Positions 20,081 to 30,503 of a stretch of 64,000 nucleotides of DNA are shown in pieces (within the stretch, counting starts at the first letter, position 1; every line of letters begins with the position of its first letter). The stretch is taken from the NCBI GenBank assembly GCA_964385835.1, contig CAYLQE010000004.1, positions 24,080-88,079 of the forward strand, given 5' to 3'. A model generated the notes under the pieces. It worked only from the letters and a program-made list of their open reading frames with translations. It had not been told where the DNA came from and did no database searches. Both the position numbers and the translations under genes were made by a program. This DNA comes from an uncultured Muribaculaceae bacterium. Its GTDB lineage: Bacteria > Bacteroidota > Bacteroidia > Bacteroidales > UBA932.

Positions 20081-20692
20081 CTAAAACAGGCCGAAGAGTT
20101 CGGCGTCGATTCTGTCCGTAATATGGGCAAAATCCTCAGGATCGTTCTCATAATCCATGTCGTCGACATTGAAGATTATGACTTTTCCCTTGTACGAGGC
20201 GATCCAGTCCTCATAAAGTCCGTTCAGGTTGCCGAGGTATTCCACGCTCAGCGACTGCTCGTATTCGCGTCCGCGCTTCTGTATCTTGCGCACTATGCCT
20301 TCTATGCCGCTGCGCAGATAAATGAGCAGGTCAGGCTGGCTGACCATGCTCATCATAAGGTTGTACAGCTGCATGTATGTGTCGTAATCCCGTTGCGAGA
20401 GGTTGCCCATGCGGACATTGTTGGTCACGAAGATATTCACGCCCTCCATAAGGGTGCGGTCCTGTATGATCACTTTGTCCGAGCTCGCTATCTCCACCAG
20501 GTCACGGAAACGCTGGGCCAGGAAATAAGTCTCCAGATTGTATGACCAGCGTTTGATATCGGCGTAGTAGTCTTCAAGGTATGGGTTATAGGTCACCGAT
20601 TCGTATTTCGGTATCCATCCGTAATGCTCCGCCAGCATCCGTGTCAGAGTCGTTTTTCCCGCACCTATATTGCCTGCTACGCCGATATGCAT
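20081..20692 (-). CDS. Deoxynucleoside kinase
   Basis: GNIGAGKTT, QDR, PDLLIYL, KRGREYE. Confidence 0.92.
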   Translation of the reverse strand: MHIGVAGNIGAGKTTLTRMLAEHYGWIPKYESVTYNPYLEDYYADIKRWSYNLETYFLAQRFRDLVEIASSDKVIIQDRTLMEGVNIFVTNNVRMGNLSQRDYDTYMQLYNLMMSMVSQPDLLIYLRSGIEGIVRKIQKRGREYEQSLSVEYLGNLNGLYEDWIASYKGKVIIFNVDDMDYENDPEDFAHITDRIDAELFGLF

Positions 20693-20705
20693 TGTCTGCC
20701 GTATA

Positions 20706-22622
20706 TTACCAGTTGTTCAACGAATCGAGGTTCATCTTGTTGACGATGTTCTTGCCCTCGACGGTGTAGGCGAATGCCATGCGGTCCCCGTATGCTTTCT
20801 CTACCTTGCCGCGTACCACCTTCATGGTGCTGTTCACCATGTGGTTGGCCTCGGTGAAAGGCTCTGGGAGCACGCAGATCGCCGCAGGAAGCCAGCGCTC
20901 AGGGAACGCTCCGTATTTCGAGCCTCCCTTGCGGTATGCGTTCACTTCATCCTGGATCTTGTTCAGCATGGCCTCCTTGCCTTTCTGCGATGCCGGATCG
21001 AGACCGAGGCCCTGCGCATACTCCTTAAGGTTGTCGCGGTTAGGAACAAGGAGCGCGATGGTGTAAGGGTCCTGGCTGTTGTGCAGGATAACGTTGTCGA
21101 TGTATTTGGAGTTCTCCTGGATAGACTCCTCGATGAGCTCAGGAGAGTATTTCTCGCCGTCCTCGCTGATAAGCAGGGATTTGAAACGTCCCACCACATA
21201 GAGGATATCAGGGTCCTCAGGCCAGATATAGCCCATGTCGCCCGTGTGCAGCCAGCCGTCAACGACAGTCTCCGCTGTAGTTACAGGATTCTTCCAGTAG
21301 CCGGCCATCACGTTCTCGCCCTTGACGCAGATCTCGCCGCGCTCTCCGTGAGGCACCTCTTTGCCGTTCGCATCGCAGATCTTGCACTCCATAGGGCGCA
21401 CGAGACGTCCTGATGAGCCCATCACGTATTTGCCCGGGCTGTTGGCGCAGATGATAGGAGTAGCCTCCGACAGGCCGTAGCCCTGGAATATAGGCAGGCC
21501 GATAGCGTAGTAGTAGCGCTGCAGGTCGATGTCAAGAAGCGCGCCGCCGCCCACGAAGAACTGCATGCGGCCGCCCAGACCCTCGCGTACCTTGCTGAAT
21601 ATGAGCTTGTCATACAGGGCCATGAGAGGTTTTTTCCACAACTGGAGGAAACCTCCCTTGTTGTATACCTCCTTATTGTATCCGATAGCCAGCTTGAGGG
21701 CGTTGTTGTAAAGTTTCTCGATCTTCGGACCTTTTTTCTTGATAGCCGTGTCGAAGTTCTTCTTGAAGTTCTTGCTGATTGCAGGAACGGAGAGCATGAT
21801 GTGCGGACGTACCTCCCTGATTGCCATAGGGATGTTCCTGAGGGCCTCCATAGGGGTCTTGCCTACCGGAACTGTAGCGAGGGACGCTCCGCATGACATC
21901 ATCATGTAGAAGCCGGCCACATGCGCGAAGCAGTGGTCCAGAGGCAGCACGATAAGCATCACCCAGTCCTCAGGGATGCTGATTACCGTATGCGCCTGCT
22001 CGATGTTAGCCGTGTAGTTGCGGTGTGTCAGCAGAATGCCCTTAGGGTCCGCCGTGGTACCTGACGTATAGCTGATGTTCGCATAGTCGTCAGGACGTAT
22101 TGATTTATAGCGCTGCTCCAGCGCGCCAGGATTGTCGGCGAGGAACTTGTCGCCCATCTCCATTACTTCCTTCATGGAGATCTCGTTCTCAAGGTATGAG
22201 TCGAGCTCGTCGAAAACGATTACTTTCTGTACTTCCGGAACCTGTGCGACGACAGTGCGGATTTTCTTGAGCTGTCCTGCGGATACCATCACATATTTGG
22301 CGTCCGAATGCCTGATACGGAAAAGAAGGTCGTTCGCCTCTTCCAGTTTCTGGGACAGAGGAACGTTGACGCCGCCGGCATAAAGGATGCCGAGCTCTCC
22401 TATGATCCAGTAATTGCGGCCCTCCGAGAGCAACGCCACTTTCTCGCCTTTCTGCAGGCCGAGCGCCATAAGGCCCGCTGCGGCGCGGTAAGCCTCTGTG
22501 CGTGTTTTCTCAAATGTGGTTTCTACCCACTGTCCGTTCACCTTCTCGCGCAGGAAAGTGTTCTTTGCGAATTTGCGAGTGTAGTGCTCTGTAAATTCGA
22601 TGATTGTTGGTTTGTTGTTCAT
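20706..22622 (-). CDS. Long-chain fatty-acid-CoA ligase
   Basis: YTSGTTADPKG, QGYGLSE, GWLHTGD. Confidence 0.92.
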   Translation of the reverse strand: MNNKPTIIEFTEHYTRKFAKNTFLREKVNGQWVETTFEKTRTEAYRAAAGLMALGLQKGEKVALLSEGRNYWIIGELGILYAGGVNVPLSQKLEEANDLLFRIRHSDAKYVMVSAGQLKKIRTVVAQVPEVQKVIVFDELDSYLENEISMKEVMEMGDKFLADNPGALEQRYKSIRPDDYANISYTSGTTADPKGILLTHRNYTANIEQAHTVISIPEDWVMLIVLPLDHCFAHVAGFYMMMSCGASLATVPVGKTPMEALRNIPMAIREVRPHIMLSVPAISKNFKKNFDTAIKKKGPKIEKLYNNALKLAIGYNKEVYNKGGFLQLWKKPLMALYDKLIFSKVREGLGGRMQFFVGGGALLDIDLQRYYYAIGLPIFQGYGLSEATPIICANSPGKYVMGSSGRLVRPMECKICDANGKEVPHGERGEICVKGENVMAGYWKNPVTTAETVVDGWLHTGDMGYIWPEDPDILYVVGRFKSLLISEDGEKYSPELIEESIQENSKYIDNVILHNSQDPYTIALLVPNRDNLKEYAQGLGLDPASQKGKEAMLNKIQDEVNAYRKGGSKYGAFPERWLPAAICVLPEPFTEANHMVNSTMKVVRGKVEKAYGDRMAFAYTVEGKNIVNKMNLDSLNNW

Positions 22623-22694
22623 ATTGTTTGTTGGTTGTTAGTTTCAAAACGGCTTCTGAATTCCGGAAGCCATATCTTGGCAAAGATAAGAAAT

Positions 22695-23894
22695 TTATTT
22701 GTAGAAAAGGTTTTTTGAAGGCAGTTTGGCGGAGAAATTTCTCAAATTGTCGATCAGCGCGGAACTCCTGGACGCGATGCGCGGCCCGAGGTATGTGCTC
22801 GTATTGGTGACAAGCACCCAGCACTCCGCATCCTCGCGGTAATTCCTGATGATAGCCGTCGTGCCTCCGAAACTGCCTGTGCGTGTCCATACCCCGTATT
22901 GGTTCGTGTCATTCCAGCCGAGCGAAAAGGTATGCTCGTCGAAATATTCCGTCATCCTGGCTATGCTGGCGGCGCTCAGGAAATCCGGAATGCCCCAGTC
23001 AAGGTCTATCCCGGCCGTGAAGCGGCACAGCTCAGGGGCGGACGCCACCCATGCCCCGGCCCCCGAAAGTCCGGTGACATTGTTCGCTCCGTAGCAGCCT
23101 TCCACCATTTCCCCGTTGCCGTGGAAGTCGCATTTTGGCTGAGAACCCTCGTGCATGTAATAGCGCGCCTCGCGCGGCAGACGGTCCCGCAGATAGTTCC
23201 CGGCAATGTCGAAATTGTAGCACTGCATGGGAATCAGCACATTGTGTTTCATCCAGCGCTCGTAACCGTCTCCTCCGAGTTTCTCTATAATCAGGCTAAG
23301 CAGATAATATCCGACGTTGGAATATTCCTGCGACTCTCCGGGGCAGAATGCCAAAGGCCTTCCCAGGGCCCTGCGGAGAGCGGTCATGCCGTCCGTGCAG
23401 CCGGTCAGGAACATCGGGTCTCCGCGGCGTGCCGTGAATCCGGCCTGATGCCGCAGCAGGTGCTCCACGGTAATGCAGTACATCCTCTTGTCCCGTATAA
23501 GGCATGTGATTTCCCTGTCGTCCAGTATGCCGTCCGGTCCGAACACCCTGTCCGAGAGCTTCAGCATCCCCATTTCACGCATGCGCATGATGCCTACCGC
23601 CGTAACGAGCTTGCTTACCGATGCTATGCGGAGCCTGTGGCCGGCATCCATCGCCTCCTGTGCCTGCACGTCTGCCCAGCCGTATCCTTTCGCATATACG
23701 AGGGCATCGTTTTTCATGACTGCCAGCTGTGCGCCGGCGAAGCCGTACCTGGCCATGTATTTCTCCACCTCGCGGTCGATCTCCTCCACGGCCGGACAAC
23801 TGTCATTGGACAGGACCGCCAGGTCGCGGGTAGGGCCGAAGCTCAGCTGCCTGAGCATCACCTGCAGTATTATCAGGAATGTACAGAAATTCAT
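22695..23894 (-). CDS. Serine hydrolase, beta-lactamase class C-like family
   Basis: SVSK (SxxK), LLRHQAG, YSN; start uncertain. Confidence 0.8.
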   Translation of the reverse strand: MNFCTFLIILQVMLRQLSFGPTRDLAVLSNDSCPAVEEIDREVEKYMARYGFAGAQLAVMKNDALVYAKGYGWADVQAQEAMDAGHRLRIASVSKLVTAVGIMRMREMGMLKLSDRVFGPDGILDDREITCLIRDKRMYCITVEHLLRHQAGFTARRGDPMFLTGCTDGMTALRRALGRPLAFCPGESQEYSNVGYYLLSLIIEKLGGDGYERWMKHNVLIPMQCYNFDIAGNYLRDRLPREARYYMHEGSQPKCDFHGNGEMVEGCYGANNVTGLSGAGAWVASAPELCRFTAGIDLDWGIPDFLSAASIARMTEYFDEHTFSLGWNDTNQYGVWTRTGSFGGTTAIIRNYREDAECWVLVTNTSTYLGPRIASRSSALIDNLRNFSAKLPSKNLFYK

Positions 23895-23900
23895 GGCAGG

Positions 23901-25286
23901 TCAGACATTGCTGCCAAGTATTTCGGCGGATTCCCCTTCCTTCAGCATGTTGAATTTTTTCATGAGCCTTACAATCATCACGAACGTGATAATGGACGAG
24001 ATAAGGTCGGAGCATGGATGGCAGAGCCATATTCCGTCGCCGCCCAGCAGCATCGGCATGGCGTACAGCAGGGGTACCAGAAACAGAAGCTGGCGGCTAA
24101 GTGAAAGGAAAATGGATTTCTTCACCATGCCGAGGCTTTGGAAAAGGTTCGTGCTCACCATCTGGAAACCGACCAGAGGGAACACTATGTTGATAGTCCT
24201 CAGGCCCTTTGCGGCAAGCGAGAGCAGTTCCGCGTCCTGGGTGAACATCCTGCACATGAGCTCCGGCATAAGCACGCTGGCGAGGAATCCTGTAGTCGTT
24301 ACGGCCACGCCCCATTTCACGGTAAGCAGATATGCTTCCTTGACTCGCGGATAATGCTTCGCCCCGTAATTGTATCCGACAATAGGCTGCATGCCCTGGT
24401 TGAATCCCATCACTATCATGAGGAAAAGGAAGCTGATACGGTGTATGATGCCGAACGCGCCGATTCCAAGGTCTCCTATGTATTTGATAAGCTGCTGGTT
24501 TATAAACAGGTTCACGATGCACGCCGCACTGTTCATGAGGAAGGGGCCCATGCCGATGGCGAGGCTTTCCCCCGCAAGTCCCGGATTGAAGCGCAGCTTG
24601 CGGAAACGCAGCCTTACGATGTTGCCCCTCTTATGGAATTTCACGGTTATTATTGCCAGTGCGGCGGCCTGCGCTATGACGGTGGCTATCGCGGCTCCGC
24701 GCACTCCCATGTCCCAGTAAAAAATGAACAGGGGATCGAGTATCGTGTTGAAAATGACAGTGAAAATGGTAAGGCCCATCGCGATACGCGGGTTTCCGCT
24801 GCTTCGCATGGCGGAGTTAAGGCCGAAATACAGGTGAGTGATCACATTACCGTAAAGGATGATCTCCATGTACTCCCTGGCGTACTGTATGGTGTTCTCC
24901 GTAGCTCCGAAAAACCCGAGTATCGGATCTATCCATGTCAGGCACACCGCCATGAACAGCAGGCCCACAAGTATGTTGAGAATGACGAGGTTGCCGAGCA
25001 CGGCATTCGCGCCTTCGTAGTTCTTCTGCCCAAGGTAGATGGATAGTATCGTCGAGCAGCCCACTCCGACCAGCGTGCCGAACGCCGTCGAAAGGTTCAT
25101 CAGCGGAAAGCATACGCCCAGCCCGCTTATCGCCAGGGCTCCGATGCCGTTGCCGATGAAAATGCTGTCGACCATGTTATACAAAGAAGATGCAGTCATC
25201 GCAATGATTGCGGGAACTGCATAATCTTTAAGAAGTGAACTTATGTTCCTTGTCCCTAATTCAAGGGGATTTCCTGTTCTTGACAT
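23901..25286 (-). CDS. MATE family efflux transporter
   Basis: Many hydrophobic helices; YNMVDSIF, LDPLFIF, GAAIAT, QPIVGYNYGA. Confidence 0.92.
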   Translation of the reverse strand: MSRTGNPLELGTRNISSLLKDYAVPAIIAMTASSLYNMVDSIFIGNGIGALAISGLGVCFPLMNLSTAFGTLVGVGCSTILSIYLGQKNYEGANAVLGNLVILNILVGLLFMAVCLTWIDPILGFFGATENTIQYAREYMEIILYGNVITHLYFGLNSAMRSSGNPRIAMGLTIFTVIFNTILDPLFIFYWDMGVRGAAIATVIAQAAALAIITVKFHKRGNIVRLRFRKLRFNPGLAGESLAIGMGPFLMNSAACIVNLFINQQLIKYIGDLGIGAFGIIHRISFLFLMIVMGFNQGMQPIVGYNYGAKHYPRVKEAYLLTVKWGVAVTTTGFLASVLMPELMCRMFTQDAELLSLAAKGLRTINIVFPLVGFQMVSTNLFQSLGMVKKSIFLSLSRQLLFLVPLLYAMPMLLGGDGIWLCHPCSDLISSIITFVMIVRLMKKFNMLKEGESAEILGSNV

Positions 25287-25287
25287 T

Positions 25288-26364
25288 CTATTCCGGTGCC
25301 TCCACTATATCAATTTCGAAGACCAGGGGAGCGTAAGACGGAATCGTGCTGCCTGAGCCTGACGCGTCATAGCCCCATCCGGATATGAATACGCCTGTCG
25401 CCGACTCGAAAGGATGCATCTTCCAGAGAGTCATGCCGAATCCCTTGATGATGCCGTTGCCTCCCATCTTGATTTCGGTGCTGTCGCTTGACCATGTGAT
25501 CTTCGAAGGTGAATACTTCTTGCTTCTTGTACCCAGACCGTATTTGATTGCCGTGTCCTGAATGTTGGTGTCGAACACCTTGCCGTTCAGGAGGCGGCCT
25601 ATATATTCAATGTATATGGTAGTGTCTTTCGGGAACGTGACGTCCATCTCCGCCTCCACGCCGCGTCTGGCCTCCCTGAGCCTGTCGCGGAAGAAATAGA
25701 GGCCCTTGCAGTCCGTCGTGTCTATGTCGCGCGGGTTGATGCCTTTGCTCCTGAGATAGATTTCAGTAGTGTCTATCTGGAACTGCACGATGTCATCGGT
25801 CATTTTCACGGGCTCGATCCTGTATATCACGCTGTTTCCGCTCGCGTTGTTGTCCAGGTAGCCCTGCTCCGAATCGAAAATCTTCGAGCTGGCGAATACC
25901 CAGTCCGGAATTATCACCGTGCGGCTTCCGCCCATCCTCATGGCATCCATCTCCTTGCAGAGGACCGTCTCCTTGAAGGCCGCGTTCGAATCGTTCTCGC
26001 CGAAATACACCCATGCGGGACCGTAATAGTTGTTCTTGTCGTATACCCTCTTGTCCTGTGCCAGAATGCCGCTGTTGTACGCGATGAGCGTGCTGTCATA
26101 CAGGTTGCGCACCTCGTAATTGTAATAGATATAGTTGTTTACAGCTATTTCCTCACCGTCTCCGGGAATGTCTTCGAGCACATATACGCCGTTGCTCTTC
26201 GCCATGCCCTCAAGCTCCGGATAGTGGACATGTATCCACGCGTTGAACGCCCTTCTGGAATTAAGGGCGTCGGAATCGGATACGGTTTTCGCGCATGAGA
26301 GCGCGCTGCCCAGCATGACAGCCGTGACGGCGAAAAGGGCGGTTATTCCAATCGGTTTTTTCAT
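25288..26364 (-). CDS. FKBP-type peptidyl-prolyl isomerase lipoprotein
   Basis: Lipobox ALSC; YIGRLLNGKVFD, IPSYAPLVFEI. Confidence 0.8.
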   Translation of the reverse strand: MKKPIGITALFAVTAVMLGSALSCAKTVSDSDALNSRRAFNAWIHVHYPELEGMAKSNGVYVLEDIPGDGEEIAVNNYIYYNYEVRNLYDSTLIAYNSGILAQDKRVYDKNNYYGPAWVYFGENDSNAAFKETVLCKEMDAMRMGGSRTVIIPDWVFASSKIFDSEQGYLDNNASGNSVIYRIEPVKMTDDIVQFQIDTTEIYLRSKGINPRDIDTTDCKGLYFFRDRLREARRGVEAEMDVTFPKDTTIYIEYIGRLLNGKVFDTNIQDTAIKYGLGTRSKKYSPSKITWSSDSTEIKMGGNGIIKGFGMTLWKMHPFESATGVFISGWGYDASGSGSTIPSYAPLVFEIDIVEAPE

Positions 26365-26394
26365 AATCCTGCAAATATACTCAAAAAATAGCAA

Positions 26395-27438
26395 TTATTG
26401 TTCCGCAAAGAACTCATGCGTTGATTTTTCTACATATTTGGACAGTCTGGAGAACTTTTTCAGGTCTTCGCCTATCGTCAGCCGGCCTCCCGAAGCCTGC
26501 TCGTGGCCTCCTCCATGGAAGTATCTTACCGCGAGGTCGCGGGCGGATACGCCTTTCTTGCTGCGTATGGACACCCTTATCCTGTCGCTGTGCATCTCGC
26601 GCTTGAGCAGTATGCTCAGCTTCACCTCCTTGATGGACAGAGGGATGTTCACGAAACCCTCGGTGTCTCCCTCCTGCAGGTTGAACGTTTTCTGGATGCG
26701 GCGGTCCACAATCATGTACGCCACGCCGTCCGGAGTTATCTTCATCACGCGGTCCAGAATATATCCCTGGGCCTCGATACGGCGTTTGGGATAGCTGAAA
26801 TACAGGTTCTGCAAAATCTCCTCCCTGTCGGTGCCCGCCTCTGTCAGCTCGGCCGCCATCCTGAAGGTCTCCGGAGTGGTCGAGTTCGCGAAATTGTTGG
26901 TGTCCGTCGTCATTCCGGTGAGCAGTGACCTGCGCGTCAGCCCGCTCATCCTCGCGGCATCCCCGTCTATGTCAGGCATACCTTTCAGAATATAATAGAC
27001 CAGTTCGCAGGTGCTGGAGGCACCGGGAACGCTGTGGATGATGTCGAACATCTCCGCGGCCGGCGCGATATGGTGGTCCACAAGGATTTTTCCCGCCCCG
27101 GCCCCGCTCAGAAGGGAAGCGTAGCCTCCGGCTCTCTCCGGATTGTTGAAGTCCATGCAGATTATCAGGTCGCAGCCGTCCACCTCCTTCTGCAGCTTTC
27201 CGGCCCTGTTGTCGTTCCATGTATAGGTTTTTTCGCGTACTTCCGGCGTTATCATGAAACTGAGGCCCTCTCCGGGTTCGGAGGGAAGGAAGAGGCGGAA
27301 ATCCTTGCCGTTCTGCATAAGATAGCCTATCATGCCTATGGTGCTGCCGAGCGCGTCTCCGTCCGGATTCGAGTGTGTGAAAATTCCGACGCGCTCCGAG
27401 GATTGTATGGCCTTGTACATTGTAATTGCGTTTTTCAT
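26395..27438 (-). CDS. DHH/DHHA1 phosphoesterase (NrnA-like)
   Basis: HSNPDGDALGS, DHH, TDT, GGGH. Confidence 0.9.
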   Translation of the reverse strand: MKNAITMYKAIQSSERVGIFTHSNPDGDALGSTIGMIGYLMQNGKDFRLFLPSEPGEGLSFMITPEVREKTYTWNDNRAGKLQKEVDGCDLIICMDFNNPERAGGYASLLSGAGAGKILVDHHIAPAAEMFDIIHSVPGASSTCELVYYILKGMPDIDGDAARMSGLTRRSLLTGMTTDTNNFANSTTPETFRMAAELTEAGTDREEILQNLYFSYPKRRIEAQGYILDRVMKITPDGVAYMIVDRRIQKTFNLQEGDTEGFVNIPLSIKEVKLSILLKREMHSDRIRVSIRSKKGVSARDLAVRYFHGGGHEQASGGRLTIGEDLKKFSRLSKYVEKSTHEFFAEQ

Positions 27439-27441
27439 CGG

Positions 27442-27489
27442 CAAATTTACAAATTATATTGCATTTGCTGAATGAAATTCATATATTTG
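27442..27489. promoter_or_regulatory. Divergent Bacteroidetes -7 promoter elements
   Basis: TAAATTTG on minus (27442-27449) and TATATTTG on plus (27482-27489) between divergent genes. Confidence 0.6.
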
Positions 27490-27525
27490 CCGTGATAATT
27501 TCGTATCAAAAATTTAAAACAGAAT

Positions 27526-28212
27526 ATGAAACCTATTTACAAAATCCTTACCTGGTGTGTATTTCCGGTGATAATCGTGGCCCTCAGCTACCTTATCGTC
27601 GTGAACGTGATGAAGCCGGTCAAATTCAACAACGAGAAGGCGCGCCGCGAGGCAGTGGCTATCCAGCGTCTGAAAGATATCCGCACGATCCAGACTGCTT
27701 TCAAGGCGGAGACCGGTCATTACGCTTCCACTTTCGACTCTCTCAAGACTTTCTATGAGGCAGGCCAGCTCCAGATCGACCTTATGATCGGCTCGCGTGA
27801 CGACTCTGTCGCTGTGGAGAACACCAAACAGCTCAAAAAGAAGAATCCGAAGATTACCCCTGCCCAGATGCTCGCGCTTGCAAACGAAGGCCAGAGGCTC
27901 GTATTCTCCGTCAAGACCCAGGTTCCTGTGAAAGACACTCTTTTCACAAACCGTCCTGACTTCAGCATCGATTCCATTTTCGTGATTCCGTTCTGCGGCG
28001 AGCCTGTACTTATGGAGACCGTCATCAAGCAGGTTTCCGGTGTGCCTGTACCTCTTTTCGAGGCCAGCATGCCTTACAAGAAACTCCTTGTCGGCATGGA
28101 TAACCAGCTCCGCATCAATCTCGACGCCTCACGCAGGGATCAGGGACGCTATGAAGGCCTTATGGTCGGCAGCATCACATCTCCTAACAACAACGCAGGC
28201 AACTGGGAGTAA
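27526..28212 (+). CDS. Membrane-anchored hypothetical protein
   Basis: N-terminal TM, QRLKDIR..Q..F, ends NAGNWE; coupled to the next gene. Confidence 0.75.
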   Translation: MKPIYKILTWCVFPVIIVALSYLIVVNVMKPVKFNNEKARREAVAIQRLKDIRTIQTAFKAETGHYASTFDSLKTFYEAGQLQIDLMIGSRDDSVAVENTKQLKKKNPKITPAQMLALANEGQRLVFSVKTQVPVKDTLFTNRPDFSIDSIFVIPFCGEPVLMETVIKQVSGVPVPLFEASMPYKKLLVGMDNQLRINLDASRRDQGRYEGLMVGSITSPNNNAGNWE

Positions 28213-28664
28213 TGAAATCCAGATTCACTCTCGTGCCTTCGGAGTTTTTCACTCCGGAATCCGCAGGTGATATAATTTCTAAGGTGGTTCCCCTTGAAGA
28301 AGGGGAGCCGCTTTCTTTTCTTGAAATCCCGTCGTACAAGGCTGTGTTCATATATGCGGGAAAGGACCGTCCCGTCATATATGACATGATAATGTCCCTG
28401 TTCAAGATAGGCGAGCATAACAGGATCATCGCCCATTATGCCGGCGGCGAACTTTCGCTCGTGATCGCCTATGGCGAGAGCCTCCAGTTCTGCAATGTGT
28501 TCAGGGCCGATGACTTTATCACCGCCCAGTATTATATCTTCCTTACATTGAAGAGCCTTCAGCTGAATCCGCAGCTGTCCACCATTTATTTTGCCGGCGA
28601 TATCGGCAGGGAGAACACGAATTCCATGTATAATTATTTCAAAAGGGTGGAGGTGCTGCGATGA
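28212..28664 (+). CDS. DUF3822-like protein
   Basis: FTLVP..FF and LQFCNVF..YY segments; directly upstream of rsmD. Confidence 0.65.
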   Translation: MKSRFTLVPSEFFTPESAGDIISKVVPLEEGEPLSFLEIPSYKAVFIYAGKDRPVIYDMIMSLFKIGEHNRIIAHYAGGELSLVIAYGESLQFCNVFRADDFITAQYYIFLTLKSLQLNPQLSTIYFAGDIGRENTNSMYNYFKRVEVLR

Positions 28665-29194
28665 GGATTATAGGCGGCTCCAGGAAAGGCAAGTGCCTCA
28701 ATCCTCCGAAAGGGTACAAGGCGCGGCCTACCACCGACTTCGCAAAGGAAGGGCTGTTCAACATCCTGGACAACGAATACGAGTTTCCGGACCTTAAGGT
28801 CCTGGACCTGTTCGGAGGCACAGGTTCCATCGGCTTCGAGTTCGCGAGCCGCGGCGCGGCACTTGTGGACTGTGTAGAGATGAATCCGGACAACGTGCAG
28901 TTCATACGCAAGGCGGCCGCACTGCTGGGGCTTGACAACCATACCGCCGTCCATTGCAATGTGTTCGACTTCCTCAATCTCTGCACCCGCAGGTACGATA
29001 TAGTCTTCGCCGATCCGCCTTATGCGCTGGACGGACTGTCTTCGCTGCCTGACAAGGTTCTGGAGCGGGACATCCTTTATCCTGGGTGCTATTTCATACT
29101 CGAGCACGGCGACGGCCACAGTTTCAAGGAACATCCCAATTTTGTAAAGGAGCGCCATTACGGCAACGTCCATTTCTCCTTTTTTACAAAATAA
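28661..29194 (+). CDS. rsmD: 16S rRNA m2G966 methyltransferase
   Basis: MRIIGG, RPT, LDLFGGTGS, DPPY. Confidence 0.9.
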   Translation: MRIIGGSRKGKCLNPPKGYKARPTTDFAKEGLFNILDNEYEFPDLKVLDLFGGTGSIGFEFASRGAALVDCVEMNPDNVQFIRKAAALLGLDNHTAVHCNVFDFLNLCTRRYDIVFADPPYALDGLSSLPDKVLERDILYPGCYFILEHGDGHSFKEHPNFVKERHYGNVHFSFFTK

Positions 29195-29276
29195 AAGGGC
29201 CGCGGACGGCAGTAAGCGTATAAAAATTTGCAATATCGGCTACTAATTGCTAATTTAGCGGCTGATAAATAAAATA

Positions 29277-29738
29277 ATGACAATGAACATCAAATCGATT
29301 ATCGCGGCAGCCGCATCAGTTCTCCTGCTTTCATCATGTTCGCTTTTCCAGAAGTCATCTTCAAACTCGCTTGACTTCACGAACGGACGCCAGGCCGGAA
29401 CAGTGCTGTCTTCCCTCGCTTCCCAGTACCTTAGCTCCGGCAAGCTGGATCTTTCCAATGTCCAGAACATCCTGAGCCTTGCCACTCTCGCCAATTCGCT
29501 TTCTTCACTGCGCAGCGAGAGCAACCAGTCCCAGCTCGATTTCGGAAAGGGGCTGATGGCCGGGAACCCGAATATCAACCAGAACAATCTTTCAGGCGTT
29601 GTCAGCGGCCTTTCGGCCCTCGGCAACATGAACCTCGACAAGGTAAGCGATTCGCTCCAGAAAGGTACTGCCAGCACGCAGACCGTATCTTCGGTGTCTT
29701 CGCAGCTCGAGAGCGTTCTCAGCCTGCTCAAGAAATAG
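29277..29738 (+). CDS. Ser/Leu-rich hypothetical lipoprotein
   Basis: Lipobox LSSC; fills the gap before the tRNA. Confidence 0.65.
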   Translation: MTMNIKSIIAAAASVLLLSSCSLFQKSSSNSLDFTNGRQAGTVLSSLASQYLSSGKLDLSNVQNILSLATLANSLSSLRSESNQSQLDFGKGLMAGNPNINQNNLSGVVSGLSALGNMNLDKVSDSLQKGTASTQTVSSVSSQLESVLSLLKK

Positions 29739-29747
29739 AAAAATGTT

Positions 29748-29820
29748 GCGGTAATAGCTCAGTTGGCAGAGCGTTGGCTTCCCAAGCCGAAGGTCACGGG
29801 TTCGAACCCCGCTTACCGCT
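29748..29820 (+). tRNA. tRNA-Gly (CCC)
   Basis: Acceptor GCGGTAA/TTACCGC, D arm GCTC/GAGC, anticodon loop TTCCCAA, T loop TTCGAAC; CCA not encoded; one A-C mismatch in the T stem. Confidence 0.93.
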
Positions 29821-29831
29821 CGAATGATCTT

Positions 29832-30503
29832 ATGCCAGGACGTCTTTATATAGTTCCCACGCCTATCGGTAATCTTGATGATATGACTTTCAGGGCCGTA
29901 GAGGTTCTGAAAGGCGCGGATCTGATACTGGCGGAGGATACGAGGACTTCTTCTGTACTTCTGAAGCATTTCGATATACACAGACCCCTGCAGAGCCACC
30001 ACAAGTTTAACGAACACCAGAAAGTGGCGCTGGTGCGTGACCGTATCATGGCGGGGGAGAATGTGGCCCTTATCAGCGATGCGGGCACTCCGGGCATTTC
30101 GGATCCCGGCTTTCTGCTGGTGCGCGAGTGTGTGGCGGCCGGTATCGAGGTGCAGACCCTTCCGGGCGCGACGGCGCTTATTCCGGCGCTTGTCGATAGC
30201 GGATTTCCGTGCGACAGGTTTTGTTTCGAAGGTTTCCTGCCGCAGAAGAAAGGGCGCCGGACTTTGCTCACGAGTCTCGAGCAGGAGCACAGGACAATGA
30301 TTTTCTATGAGTCGCCATACCGTCTGGTCAAGACTCTTGCACAGATGGCGGAGCATTTCGGCGCGGAGAGAGAGTGCGCCGTAGCCCGCGAGATTTCCAA
30401 AAAATTCGAACAGGTCGTGCGCGGCACCATTGCTGGCGTGACAGCTCATTTTACCGCCAACGAACCCAAGGGAGAGATTGTCATAATCGTCAGAGGTTCG
30501 TAA
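29832..30503 (+). CDS. rsmI: 16S rRNA C1402 2'-O-methyltransferase
   Basis: LYIVPTPIGNL.D, AEDTR, SDAGTPGISDPG, FYESPYR; start moved downstream of the tRNA. Confidence 0.95.
   Translation: MPGRLYIVPTPIGNLDDMTFRAVEVLKGADLILAEDTRTSSVLLKHFDIHRPLQSHHKFNEHQKVALVRDRIMAGENVALISDAGTPGISDPGFLLVRECVAAGIEVQTLPGATALIPALVDSGFPCDRFCFEGFLPQKKGRRTLLTSLEQEHRTMIFYESPYRLVKTLAQMAEHFGAERECAVAREISKKFEQVVRGTIAGVTAHFTANEPKGEIVIIVRGS

Noticed and set aside
22899-25046. Long plus-strand ORFs (401, 293 and 302 aa)
   Set aside because: Shadows of the serine hydrolase and MATE genes
29763-29831. N-terminal extension of rsmI in the ORF track
   Set aside because: Overlaps the tRNA; family motifs begin at ATG 29832
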